Source of the DNA: Octopus sinensis
Taxonomy: Eukaryota
DNA: 26,582 bases
Assembly (NCBI RefSeq): GCF_006345805.1
Contig: NW_021834101.1
Location: 1-26,582 of the forward strand
Reading direction: 5' to 3'
Shown here: in pieces, positions 11,109 through 20,630 of the stretch
How the letters are laid out: every line of letters begins with the position of its first letter
Position numbering within the stretch: position 1 is the stretch's first letter
Position numbers and translations under genes: made by a program
The notes under the pieces: model-generated
What the model was told of the DNA's origin: nothing
The model's database searches: none
Seen by the model: only the letters and a program-made list of their open reading frames with translations

Positions 11109-11160
11109 TACTTTATTTCTTTATTTCCCTGTAACAAATCTAAATATATTCCATACACAA

Positions 11161-11533
11161 GCGTAGGGATGGCTCTGTGTTAAGAAGTTTCCTTCCTATT
11201 TCACATGCCTTCGGGTTTAATCCCACTGTGTGGCAGCTTCGGCAAGTATCTCCACTGTAATTTCGTGCCGACCAAAGCCATGTGAGTGGATTTGGTAAAA
11301 TGTGTATAAGTGTGCGTACATGTGTGTCTGTATTTGTCCCTCACAACCACTTGACAACCGGTGTTGGTGTATTTACGACCTTGTAATATAGCGGCTCGAC
11401 ACAAGACACCGAAGGAATAAGCAACACGCTTTAAAAAAGGGTACTTGAGTCGATTCGTTCGACTATAATACTTCGAGGTGGTGCCCCAGCATAGCCGCAG
11501 TCTAATGACTGAAACAAGTAAAAGATAAAAGAC
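11161..11533 (+). mobile_element. SINE family B, older full-length copy
   Basis: Head GGATGGCTCTGTGTTAAGAAG..GGGTTTAATCCCACTG; body CCGACCAAAGCCATGTGAGTGGATTTGGTA; short central (TG) tract; tail GGTGGTGCCCCAGCATAGCCGCAGTCTAATGACTGAAACAAGTAAAAGATAAAAGA. Confidence 0.8.
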
Positions 11534-11821
11534 GTAAGTACTTATCTTTTAACGGTTGTGGGGGTAAAGATGTTGGCTTCGAAATAGCGTGGGTTCACCT
11601 GAGCTTCAGGTAAGCTGATTTCTGCGGTGAAATTTAGTAGACTCAAATTGAACAAAAGTCCGTCGAATGTGTGTATGAGGTGTGCTCCTGTATGCATGTT
11701 TGTGCGTGCACCAGTTATTTCTAGCGACTACGTAGAGGGTTCCCAGCTAGCTCGCCTAGTAATCATCTTTTCTAATTTTGGCACGAGGACAGCAATTCTG
11801 AGGGGAGATGCTCAAAAGGCA

Positions 11822-11950
11822 ATTTATTTTATCGATCGCGAAAGAATGTAAAGTAATGTCCACCTCGTTGGTATTTGAACTCAGAACGTAGAGTTGGAAG
11901 AACTATCGGTAAGCGTTTTGCCCAGTCCGAGAACGACTCTGCCAGCCCAC
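11822..11950 (-). mobile_element. SINE family C head/body fragment (old)
   Basis: Minus strand contains TGGCAGAGTCGTT..ACGTTCTGAGTTCAAATACC..CGAGGTGGAC..CTTTCGCGATCGATAAAATAA, similar to 23910-24060. Confidence 0.65.
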
Positions 11951-12114
11951 AGCCTTTGGCTCACATAGTAATTATAGGGGTAATACGTTAGCGCGTGCGT
12001 GTGTGTGTGTGTGTGTTATAAAACCAATATATTATCAAGTAGCAGATTGACACTTTGCTATAAATTAATAAACGTTTCAATGTTATTAATGCTAAAGATC
12101 TTTGTATTCGCAGG

Positions 12115-12240
12115 ATCGATAGCGCATCAGATAAAATACCTTCCAAATGTTTGGTACGACTTCAGGTTTCAAATCACGCCGAGTTTAACTTTGGCTTATC
12201 TTTTTCCGGAGTGGTAAATGTAAATTACCAGTCAAATAAC
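12115..12240 (+). mobile_element. SINE family C fragment (old)
   Basis: TTCAGGTTTCAAATCACGCCGAGTTTAACTTTGGCTT...TACCAGTC resembles family C (GAGTTCAAATTCCGCCGA.GTC.AC...GTACCAGT). Confidence 0.5.
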
Positions 12241-13985
12241 ACATCGATATTTTAATTATATCTTTTGCAGAAAATCTCTGCTCTTGTGCCTATATTAAAA
12301 ATCACTATTAGTTATAGTATCTTGTTCATAATACTCTATTTAAAATTAGCATAATGAAAATTTCTATTTTAAAGATTTTAGAGATAATGATAAATTTCTA
12401 TTTTAGAGATTTTAGAGGTTATGATATAATCCGATAAAGCTATGATGATAAAGCAGTCAAATATTAAACAATATCGCTGAATTGTAACATACTAGATGTC
12501 AATATAGCTTGGATAATATTATCAGATAATACAGAAAGTATACATACTATCTAAGCAGTTTATTAGACTAAGCTCAGTTTTAGGTATCATGTACTTATAC
12601 CAAATTAATATAAAACTTGAAGTCATTCATCAGCATGGAGAATTGGATTATTAGCACTATCAGTTTTCATACAAACGAAGCATATATATGTATATATATA
12701 TACTATATTATATTAATTTGGCATAGCAAGCGTTTCGCTAATAGTTGTTATCAATTAATATATTAATCCCCAGACTAAGCATGTATGTTGATAATTTGTA
12801 TCACTCATTACAAAGCATCATATGACTAAAATAAACTGTTACCGCTACCTTAGTAATACTTAATACTATTTGTAGTGTTAAATATCAAAAGACAAACAAT
12901 TTTAAACGATAATCATTTTCGATTTTATTTTCACAGAACATTAATTAAGCAATGACATGTTCTTTTCTACTATTTTCCCATTATCTTTCAAAAAGGAAAA
13001 ACACAACAACAACAACAACAACAGCAAAAACAAATCATGAAAAGTTACTGCTAATATATAAATCTATGTTAATATTGTCCAAACAGCGGAAAGGGCCTTT
13101 CAACCAGTTTCCAAATATCGTATAATGGAAAGATATATGACAAACTACGCTCGATATCTTGATAAGGACTAGATTCGTGTAATTATTTGCCTTAAGAGAG
13201 GATTTTCACTCAAGTAGAAGTACTTTAAGAGGGTCAATAATGGAATTATGATGATGCTTGCATCGCTAAGTCGAAGTAGGAAAATACGATGTAAAGTAGT
13301 GGATCATGACTTGCAGACAAATCGGCTGTCTTAACATTTAAGTAGAAATGAGATACAAAGAAGGAGATATTTTAAATTGATAACGACGATGCAGTTCTAG
13401 AGTTTCTGAGACAAATTGAGTCTATTTTTTTACCTCAAGACATGTCTGCTACGTTGAACCAATCAACCATCTCTCGCGTACCAATTCAGCTTGCAATCAG
13501 ACCAGCTAGCTACTCTGCACTGACCTGGCCAGAAGCCCTACTGCCATCTTTTATAGGCTTTCTCATTTTCCTAATAACCTTTACTCACCCATAGGCGCTA
13601 TTTGTTGCAGTCTGCTTGCATGTGTGTTTCTCCTGGTTTATGGAAAATTCTAATATAAAGAGGACATCAACTCACTTGATATCTTTGAATATAATTGGCC
13701 TGCCAGTAAAGCAACACTTATTTGCTGTTTAACACTTGCACGATCTCTTGAAAGAATAGATAAGTTGTCAAGGGGCCTAGAAGAAGAATTTTCAACTGTA
13801 TGTTGAATATCTTTCAAGGTTTATGTCGTGGATTTAGCGCATTAGTTGGCGAATTTTTGATATGTGGAAGTTAACTTATTATACTGTGGCGATCGGCCAA
13901 GAGTTTTTGCTGGTATTATAATTCGATAAACGGTAATATTCGGTGGAAATAGCATGTTTACACTTCATCGGGTTGAACCAATAAT

Positions 13986-14023
<38 letters not shown>

Positions 14024-14159
14024 GTGTGTGTGTGAGTTTCATGTACGTGTACACATGCTTATGTAGTGGGGCATGTGTGCGTTCTCAGATGAATTCAAGA
14101 TATATATATATATCGCGAACTCTTATAGATGTGTATTTGAAGAACAATGAAAAGAGGAC

Positions 14160-14263
14160 GAAGAAGAAGAAGAAGAAGAAGAAGAAGAAGAAGAAGAAGA
14201 AGAAGAAGAAGAAGAAGAAGAAGAAGAAGAAGAAGAAGAAGAAGAAGAAGAAGAAGAAGAAGA
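14160..14263. repeat. Pure (GAA)n, about 34 units
   Basis: Direct reading; source of the poly-K/R/L ORFs. Confidence 0.97.
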
Positions 14264-14264
14264 C

Positions 14265-14565
14265 GTTTTGCGCAGGCCTGGGCTAGATGTAAGAAAATCC
14301 TGGGTAGCCCAGTCGTCAGGATTCCTCTCTCGACCTTGCTGACGTAGTCCAAAGCATTACGTTTGGCACCAGCTTGTTTGCAAGAGCTGCTGGAAGAGCG
14401 TTGAGTCGAAAACTAAACCGCCTCTTTGAAGGTTGTCTCCTTTCCGTAACCCTGGATAGGGGCCCATATCGGGTATTGTCAGCCGGAGCCATCTGAGCCC
14501 GCAACTGGTGTCAGGCAGGGTCGTCACTCCCCAAAGTAGTGAAGAAAATCGCTACAGACTACATA
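14265..14565 (+). mobile_element. Short RTE-derived non-autonomous retroelement, 5'-truncated copy
   Basis: Colinear with the reverse complement of 18533-18855. Contains GTTTGGCACCAGC..GCAAGAGCTGC, which I recall as an RTE 5' UTR motif, and ends GAAGAAAATCGCTAC plus an ACTACATA tail remnant. Confidence 0.7.
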
Positions 14566-14576
14566 AGTATGTATAT

Positions 14577-14658
14577 ATACGATGGGCTTCTTTCAGTTTC
14601 CATCTACCCGGAACCATGTGGTTGGGAAGCAAGCTTCTTAACTCACAGCCACTCCTTC
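14577..14658 (-). mobile_element. SINE family B 5' half with ~75-bp internal deletion
   Basis: GATGGGCTTCTTTCAGTTTCCATCTACC is joined directly to CGGAACCATGTGGTTGGGAAGCAAGCTTCTTAACTCACAGCCACTCC; the intervening segment is present in 20880-20972 and 26200-26340. Confidence 0.8.
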
Positions 14659-14714
14659 GTATATATATATATATTTAACAAAGAGTTATATGCATATTTT
14701 ATCTTTATATTTTA

Positions 14715-14852
14715 CTTGCTTCAGTAATTAGACAGTAGCCATGCTGGAGCACAGCCTTGAAGAGCTTTTATTTTTAGTCGAACGAATCGAACGCAGTACG
14801 AAATGCTGCTAAGCATTTTGTGCGGCGGGCTGACGAGTCTGCTTGCTCGCCT
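14715..14852 (-). mobile_element. Fragments: SINE B tail fused to SINE C head
   Basis: CAGTAATTAGACAGTAGCCATGCTGGAGCACAGCC (B tail, minus), then GAAATGCTGCTAAGCATTTTGTGCGGCGGGCTGACGAGTCTGC..GCTCGCC (C head, minus). Confidence 0.55.
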
Positions 14853-14974
14853 AATTAGTAAATGATAATAAAATGGTTTCTAACCGATATTCATAGCAAG
14901 CACTTGTGAAGGGATGTGGTTAGTGGTTTCCATCAATCTCAGTAAAGTATCAGCTCAAACAGGAGAAGTGGCAC

Positions 14975-15225
14975 AGGTGACCCTGGCGAGGTTTGAACTC
15001 AGATTATTACGAGAAGGAACAAATATTGCAAAGAATTTTTTCCGATGCTCTAACAGCTTATCCCACCGTAATAATAGTTTCAAATTTATGGCACAAGGCC
15101 AGCCAGTTGGTGGGGGAGGGCATAAGTCGCTTACATAGATTCCAATACTAATTTGGTACTTATTTTATAGACCCACCGAAAGGGTAAAAGGCAAACTCGA
15201 CCACTTGGAATTTGAACTCAGAATA
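14975..15225 (-). mobile_element. Two adjacent old SINE family C fragments
   Basis: Both contain the reverse complement of the B-box segment (TTTGAACTCAGA at ~14994 and ~15211). 15085-15220 also has GGCACAAGGCC..GGTACTTATTTTAT.GACCC..GAAAGG.TAAAAGGCAAA.TCGACC. Confidence 0.6.
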
Positions 15226-15263
15226 AAATTAGTAGTAACACATAAAAACATGTATATGCCCAC

Positions 15264-15370
15264 GGGCATATGGCCGCAGGCTACTAACTCCAAAATTCAG
15301 AGTCCGATTCCAGGTAGTGACCTGAATAATAATTTTAATAATAATAATCATGATAATAATCACAATAATC

Positions 15371-15420
<50 letters not shown>

Positions 15421-15570
15421 TTCGAAAAATTCCTTAGGAATGAGACGCCAGGTTTGAAATTTCCCCAAGACACCTGAAGAAGGCTGGGGGGTATATCAGC
15501 TGAAACGTTGTGTTAACAACAATCAAGATGAGGACAAATATCCATGAAATGTAAATAAAGTAAATAATGT
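15264..15570 (+). mobile_element. Putative composite SINE-like element: degraded tRNA-like head, (AAT)n linker, hammerhead-bearing (Penelope-like) 3' module
   Basis: Head GGGCATATGGCCGCAG..GCTACTAAC..GAGTCCGATTCCAGG (B-box one mismatch from GTTCGANTCC; A-box partial). (AAT)n at 15325-15419, hammerhead motif at 15469-15514, GTAAATAA-repeat end. Unity of the three parts is inferred from a single copy and from my recall of this arrangement in octopus DNA. Confidence 0.55.
15469..15514 (+). ncRNA. Minimal type I hammerhead ribozyme motif (palindromic stem III, dimer-type)
   Basis: Stem I GACAC (15469-73) pairs with GTGTT (15510-14). Core CTGAAGA at 15474-80. Stem II GGCTG (15482-86) pairs with CAGCT (15497-15501), closing pair G.U. 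GAAAC at 15502-06; NUH triplet GTT at 15507-09; palindrome AACGTT at 15504-09. Confidence 0.75.
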
Positions 15571-15588
15571 ATTGCGTTTATTAGATAA

Positions 15589-15645
15589 TCTCTCTCTCTC
15601 TCTCTCACTCTCTCTTTCTTCTCTCCTCTCTCTCTCTCTCTCTGT

Positions 15646-15730
<85 letters not shown>
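15589..15730. repeat. (CT)n-(AT)n compound microsatellite
   Basis: Direct reading. Confidence 0.95.
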
Positions 15731-15735
<5 letters not shown>

Positions 15736-15902
15736 ACAAAAGACATAATCTCCTTTAAATTGCTTTATTATATGCTGAATAACAAATGCTCTTGCCATCA
15801 ATGATGCAGAATAGGAAAATTTCATCCAACTGATTGTCCTAATCTTCCCCCTCTCTCTTTCTACATCTCTATCTGCCGCTCTCTTATATACGCACACACA
15901 CA

Positions 15903-15946
<44 letters not shown>

Positions 15947-15950
15947 CCAC

Positions 15951-16415
15951 AGGAGTGGCTGTGTGGTATGTAGCTTGCTTGCCAACCACATGGACCGGAG
16001 TTCAGTCCCACTGCGTGACACCTTGGATAAGTGTCTTCTACTATAGCCTTGTAAGTGGATGTAGTAGACGGAACCTGAAAGAAGCCTGTCGTATATATAT
16101 ATATATATATAATATGTGTGTGTGTATGTGTGTGTGTGTGTGTGGTGTGTGTGTGTGTGTGTGTGTGGTGTGTGTGTGTGTGCGTGCGTGCGTGCGTGTG
16201 TATGTGTGTGCGTGTGTGTGTATTTTTTTGTTCCCCTTCCTCCCAGCATCACTTGACAATCAATGCTGGTGCATGTACGTCCCCATAACGTAGCGGCTCG
16301 GCAAAAGAGACCGTTAAAATAAGTACTAGGCTTGCAAAGAATAAGTCCTGGGGTTGATTTGCTCAACTAAAAGCGGTGCTCCAGCATAGCCGCAGTCAAA
16401 TGACAAACAAAAACA
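15951..16415 (+). mobile_element. SINE family B, full-length, with expanded central (TA)n(TG)n
   Basis: Head GGAGTGGCTGTGTGGTA..GAGTTCAGTCCCACTGCG; body GACGGAACCTGAAAGAAGCC; microsatellite ~16082-16222; 3' half CTTGACAA.C.ATGCTGGTG..TAGCGGCTCGGCAAAAGAGACCG..GCGGTGCTCCAGCATAGCCGCAGTCAAATGAC. Confidence 0.9.
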
Positions 16416-16432
16416 AACGAATATATATATAT

Positions 16433-16980
16433 TGGTTGGATTTTCAGAACCATGCGGACAAGGGACCAAGAAATTATGATGACACTATGGAAGTCATTTA
16501 TCCTCTGCCCGACTGGACTACTGCTCTGAGCTATGGTCACATTATACTACAAGGAACGAAGGCGGGAGTGGTATGCAGTGATATATATATGGAAGATACT
16601 GGAAGGACTGGTACCAAACTTTAGAATAAAGAGCTATACCAGACCACCAGCATAATGTCACTGTGCTGTTCCCACTGTGCCTTAGCATCTCGGGCAAGGA
16701 CGATGTACTGCAATAGCTTGGGTTTAACTGTAAGCCGAATGAACTGAGGAGCCTCCACGGAATGGATGTTTTCAAACGTGAAATCGACCTCTGGCTCGCC
16801 GAGATCCCGGATGAGACAATATCTAAGCAAGAAACTCAAAAAGGGGCAGTAGCATCGAACTCCATCTTTCACCAAAAGCCGCTTCGACAAAGGTGGAAAG
16901 TGGAAAAATGATCACAATGGCGGTGCTCCAGCATGGCCACAGTGATTGGACTAAAACATATAAAAGAATAAAAGAATATA
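16433..16980 (+). mobile_element. Decayed 3' end of a CR1/L2-group LINE (ORF2 C-terminus, 3' tail)
   Basis: Manual translation across frameshifts gives GWIFRTMRTRDQEIMMTLWKSFIL / LDYCSELWS / RRREWYAVIYIWKILEGLVPNFRIKSYT / ARTMYCNSLG / LHGMDVFKREIDLWLAEIPDE..SNSIFHQ..KVEK* (stop 16909-11). This is typical of invertebrate CR1/L2-group ORF2 ends (GWILRTFxTR...LEYCxxLWSP...RRRERYxIIYxWKILEGLVPN). Confidence 0.8.
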
Positions 16981-17070
16981 TATATTTTTTAAAATTCTTC
17001 CAATGTACAACACACGCATACGTTTATATATATATAACGCAATTGCCAATGTAAAACACACACACATACG

Positions 17071-17117
<47 letters not shown>

Positions 17118-18415
17118 TACGTATGCGTGTATATATATATACGTATGCGTGTGTGTTTTACAATGGCAGATTGCTTTCTCTGCTTTTTAATCTTTCTTTT
17201 TCTCACATTTTTACACAAGCAGAATGAAAGTTTGCAAAATCTGTAAGTTTTCCTACATTTTATACTATATCCCTGTACGCAAATACGTTTATATCTGTGC
17301 ATATTTTTTACGTACCTATGTTTATATACGAGTACATTATTTTCATTATGTATTTTTGTGTACGAAATTATTTAAAACCTTGTTATTCCCCCGTTTCAAC
17401 GCAAACTCTAATCTAAGCATGATTCAGTTTTCCTGTCGGTGTTTGCGTGTGCTTGCGCATGCTTATTTCTTATGCAATTAGTTGTTTCACTGTGTGTAGG
17501 ATCCAAAATTGATTTTTAAAAATTACCGTATCTGTCTTGTTACCGAAACGATAAATAGCATTATGCAATGAACCGATGAAATTCAACACAATTAAAAGTA
17601 TTCGTTTTCCCCCCCACCCCCACCTCCATGCGGGCCCATTCAAACATATCTGGTGTAAACACGTGACTTAGTAGCAGAAAATAGAGATTGAAGAGCTTGT
17701 TATAGTTAATCGGTATTTTTCACATTGAAAATACTATTTAAAACCGTTGAGTAATGTTAAGCGTGAGAGGATGTCCTATGATCGTTAGGCATGTCTGAAG
17801 AGCATTAAAACAAAAGGTTAAAATTTCAAGTTATTAATCGTCACATAGCGATCTGTGAAGATTGACACATTTAAGTCTCGGAATCATTAACCGTGACATT
17901 AGAATGTGTTAAGAAAGTTTCGGGATTTGAAATCAAATAACAGTTGTCGTCGGTGAACACCGTGAGAACAAAGAGAAATTTATGAAAAGGAATCGCTAAT
18001 CATGACACCACAACCAGATAACTGTTGATCATGACCATTAAAGTACAATAAAATAAAATCAAACTAATCCTTTTAGGGTGTTAGAAGCCAGTGAATGGCA
18101 AATGTCAATCTCGATGTGATGCTAACCCATTGCTGCTTCTTTCCAAACATTATTAATGACAGTTTTCAGAATATTTGCTACAAAGACCAGGGAACATCGC
18201 TTGACTGTGTAAATTAAAGAACAGTAACGGAGTGATCGACATTACAAATATCTTAACACAAAATTGGTTGGTTTTGGTTTCCTAAGCATTAGCAAGAACT
18301 TTGGCACTGTTCTCTGGACAAGAGACAATTAAATTTCGAAAGAGAACGTAAAGAATGTAGTTTCCTAATCGAAAGCATTAGCTAGACTGCCATTATAACA
18401 GTAGATTACAATTAC

Positions 18416-18524
18416 ATGTATGTATGTATGTATGTATGTATGTATGTATGTATGTATGTATGTATTATGTATGTATGTATGTATGTATGTATTATGTATG
18501 TATGTATGTATGTATGTATGTATA
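18416..18524. repeat. (ATGT)n array, also the 3' tail side of the adjacent RTE-derived element
   Basis: Direct reading; two identical TATT interruptions. Confidence 0.95.
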
Positions 18525-18949
18525 GGTAGTGGGTAGCGATTTTCTTCACGGCTTCAGGTAGTGACGACCCTGCCTAACACGAGTCCCGGGCTCAGATGGC
18601 TCCGGCTGACAGTACACGGTATGGGTCCCTATCCAGGATTACGGAAAGGAGACAACTTTCAAAGAAATCCGGAGAGGAGCCCCGTATGTCGTTTAGTGTT
18701 CGACTCGACACTCTTCCGGCAGCTCCTGCAACTAGGCCGGTGCCAAACGTAATGCTCTGCACTCCTTTGGACTACGTCAGCAAGGTGGAGAGAGGAATCC
18801 GGACGACTGGGCTACCCAGGATTTTCTTACATCTATTCCAGGCCTGCACAAAACTGGAGAGGAAACTGGAGTGGACATGAAATGTAAAAACCAGACTGGA
18901 TTAGTTTATGCGCAACTCCAATGTCTCCCGAGAAAAAAGGATGCCAACA
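18525..18949 (-). mobile_element. Apparently full-length (~425 bp) RTE-derived non-autonomous retroelement embedded in (ATGT)n
   Basis: The minus strand begins TGTTGGCATCC and contains GTTTGGCACCGGCC..GCAGGAGCTGCCGGAAG and GGGGCTCCTCTCCGGATTT (recalled RTE 5' UTR motifs). No ORF. It ends GAAGAAAATCGCTACCCACTACCTATAC(ATAC)n. Homologous to 14265-14565. Confidence 0.65.
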
Positions 18950-19055
18950 ATGTATGTATGTATGTATGTATGTATGTACGTACGTACGTACGTATGTACG
19001 TATGTATGTATGTATGTATGTATGTATGTATGTATGTATGTATGTATGTATGTAT
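18950..19055. repeat. (ATGT)n/(ACGT)n array
   Basis: Direct reading. Confidence 0.95.
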
Positions 19056-19128
19056 AAATGATATGCTGTGAAGTTATATGTATTGCATTACATCTCTGGT
19101 TAAATTTCAAAATATACTTAGAATAGAT

Positions 19129-19376
19129 GCAGGCATGGCTGTGTGATTAAGAATCTCGCTTTGCTACCACGTAGTTCCGGCTACAGTCCACACCGAGTGG
19201 AGCCTTTGGCAGATGTTTTCTACCAAAGCCCTAGGCCAGTCAGTTCCTTGTCGGTAGACAGGAAATGTGTGGAAAATCGCCGTGTGCGTGCGCGTGTAAG
19301 TTTTCATGTGTGTGTCTTGCTGTCTGTGCTTGTCATTTCACGCCACTTAACAATCGGCAAAAAGTGATCGATAGAA
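19129..19376 (+). mobile_element. SINE family B, very old partial copy
   Basis: Head GCAGGCATGGCTGTGTGATTAAGAA..CCACGTAGTTCCGG.TACAGTCC; later GGTAGACAGGAAA, (TG) tract, CACTTAACAATCGGCAAAAAGTGATCGATAGAA. Confidence 0.6.
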
Positions 19377-19516
19377 AATTAATATTCACCAGATTGATCT
19401 CACCAATTGGGAAACTCTTGCAAAAACTATGAAGCACTCCTTTTACAAAATTACGAAAACAAAAGAGATTAATAAATCACTATTTTATGTCGACGCAATT
19501 GATCTACTGGGACGCG

Positions 19517-19526
19517 CACACATGCA

Positions 19527-19603
<77 letters not shown>

Positions 19604-19632
19604 ACAAACACACACACACAAACACACATACA
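19517..19632. repeat. (CA)n microsatellite
   Basis: Direct reading. Confidence 0.95.
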
Positions 19633-19841
19633 CTTATTTTTACGTTTGTCTGACCTACTACATTTCATCATTTCATTGAAGATGGCAATGTCCCTAGAAG
19701 AAGCAAGCTGGTGAAAATCAAGAGCAAAGTTATGAATTATTCAGCTTAAAACTACTGGGATTATTCTAAAATTCAAATTTCCTATATAAAACTTTCACTA
19801 TTGTGAATAGCTAGCAACAATATAGTCTCTCTTTTGTGAAA

Positions 19842-20158
19842 GCACGTTGCTAAATGGTTAGGGTATTCGGCTCACGACCTTGCGGTCGTGAGTTCAATTC
19901 CCTGCGACGTGTTGTCTCCTTGAACAAGACACTTTATTTCACGTTCCTCCAGTCCACTCAGCTCGCAAAAATGAGAAGTGCCTCTATTTCAAAGGGTCAG
20001 CCTTGTCACACTCTGTGTAATGCTGAATCTCGCTGAGACTATGTTAAAGGCACGCGTGTTTTTAGAGTACGCAGCCATTTGTGCGTTAATTTCACGAGCA
20101 GGCTGTTCCGTTGTTCGGATCAACTGGAACCCTCGTCGTCGTAACCGACGGAGCGCCA
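19842..20158 (+). mobile_element. tRNA-derived SINE family A, full-length
   Basis: A-box-like TGGTTAGGGTA, B-box GTGAGTTCAATTCCC; body and 3' end (GGATCAACTGGAACCCTCGTCGTCGTAACCGACGGAGCGCCA) match the minus-strand copies at 6198 and 9201. Confidence 0.9.
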
Positions 20159-20299
20159 TTCTCTTTTATCTAATCTTTCTCAAAGTGGAACGTGGCGATA
20201 TTTTTGTGAGACGCGGGTTACTTCACAGCGGGGAGTAAATAAATATCAAGTAAACAATACTTGTGATAAAATTTTAATTAAATATAAAATTGAATATCT

Positions 20300-20490
20300 T
20301 CTCAACCATATGGTTCCGGGTTCAACTCCACTGCATGATAACTTGGCATGAGTCTTCAATTATAACCTCGGATAGACCAAAACCTTGAGACTGGATTTGG
20401 TTGACGGAAACCGAATGAAACCTGTTGTATATGTGTGTGCGTGTGCGCGCGCGTGCGCGTGTGTGTACGTTTCTGTGCTTGTACTTCACC
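20300..20490 (+). mobile_element. SINE family B, old partial copy
   Basis: CAACCATATGGTTCCGGGTTCAACTCCACTGC..GACCAAAACCTTGAGACTGGATTTGGTTGACGGAAACCGAA followed by a (TG/CG) tract. Confidence 0.7.
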
Positions 20491-20630
20491 ACTGCTCGAC
20501 TCTAATATGATATAAAACCGAGCAGCTTCCGACTTTTTCTATCTCTAGCGGTTTATCAGCTTAATATTATATTATCTATAGTTTTACATATGTAATTCGA
20601 GATATACTATTCAAAAAAGAATTCTCTCTT

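Noticed and set aside
12115-12212. Exon candidate after the strong acceptor CTTTGTATTCGCAG
   Set aside because: The sequence aligns with old SINE family C, so the splice-like signals are probably incidental.
12351-12417. 33/34-bp direct tandem duplication (ATAATGA.AAATTTCTATTTTA.AGATTTTAGAG)
   Set aside because: Ordinary local slippage duplication in AT-rich DNA, with no further structure.
13954-14352. Poly-K/R/L ORFs (and poly-E/K/R/S/F at 24775-25168)
   Set aside because: These are (GAA)n tracts read in all frames, with non-coding flanks.
17608-17626. C-rich run suggesting a minus-strand G-quadruplex
   Set aside because: Too few well-separated G-tracts for a confident canonical G4 call.
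19842-19915. tRNA gene (also the heads at 6430-6496, 9460-9529 and 15951-16020)
   Set aside because: A/B boxes are present, but there is no complete cloverleaf or acceptor stem, and each head continues into a shared SINE body.
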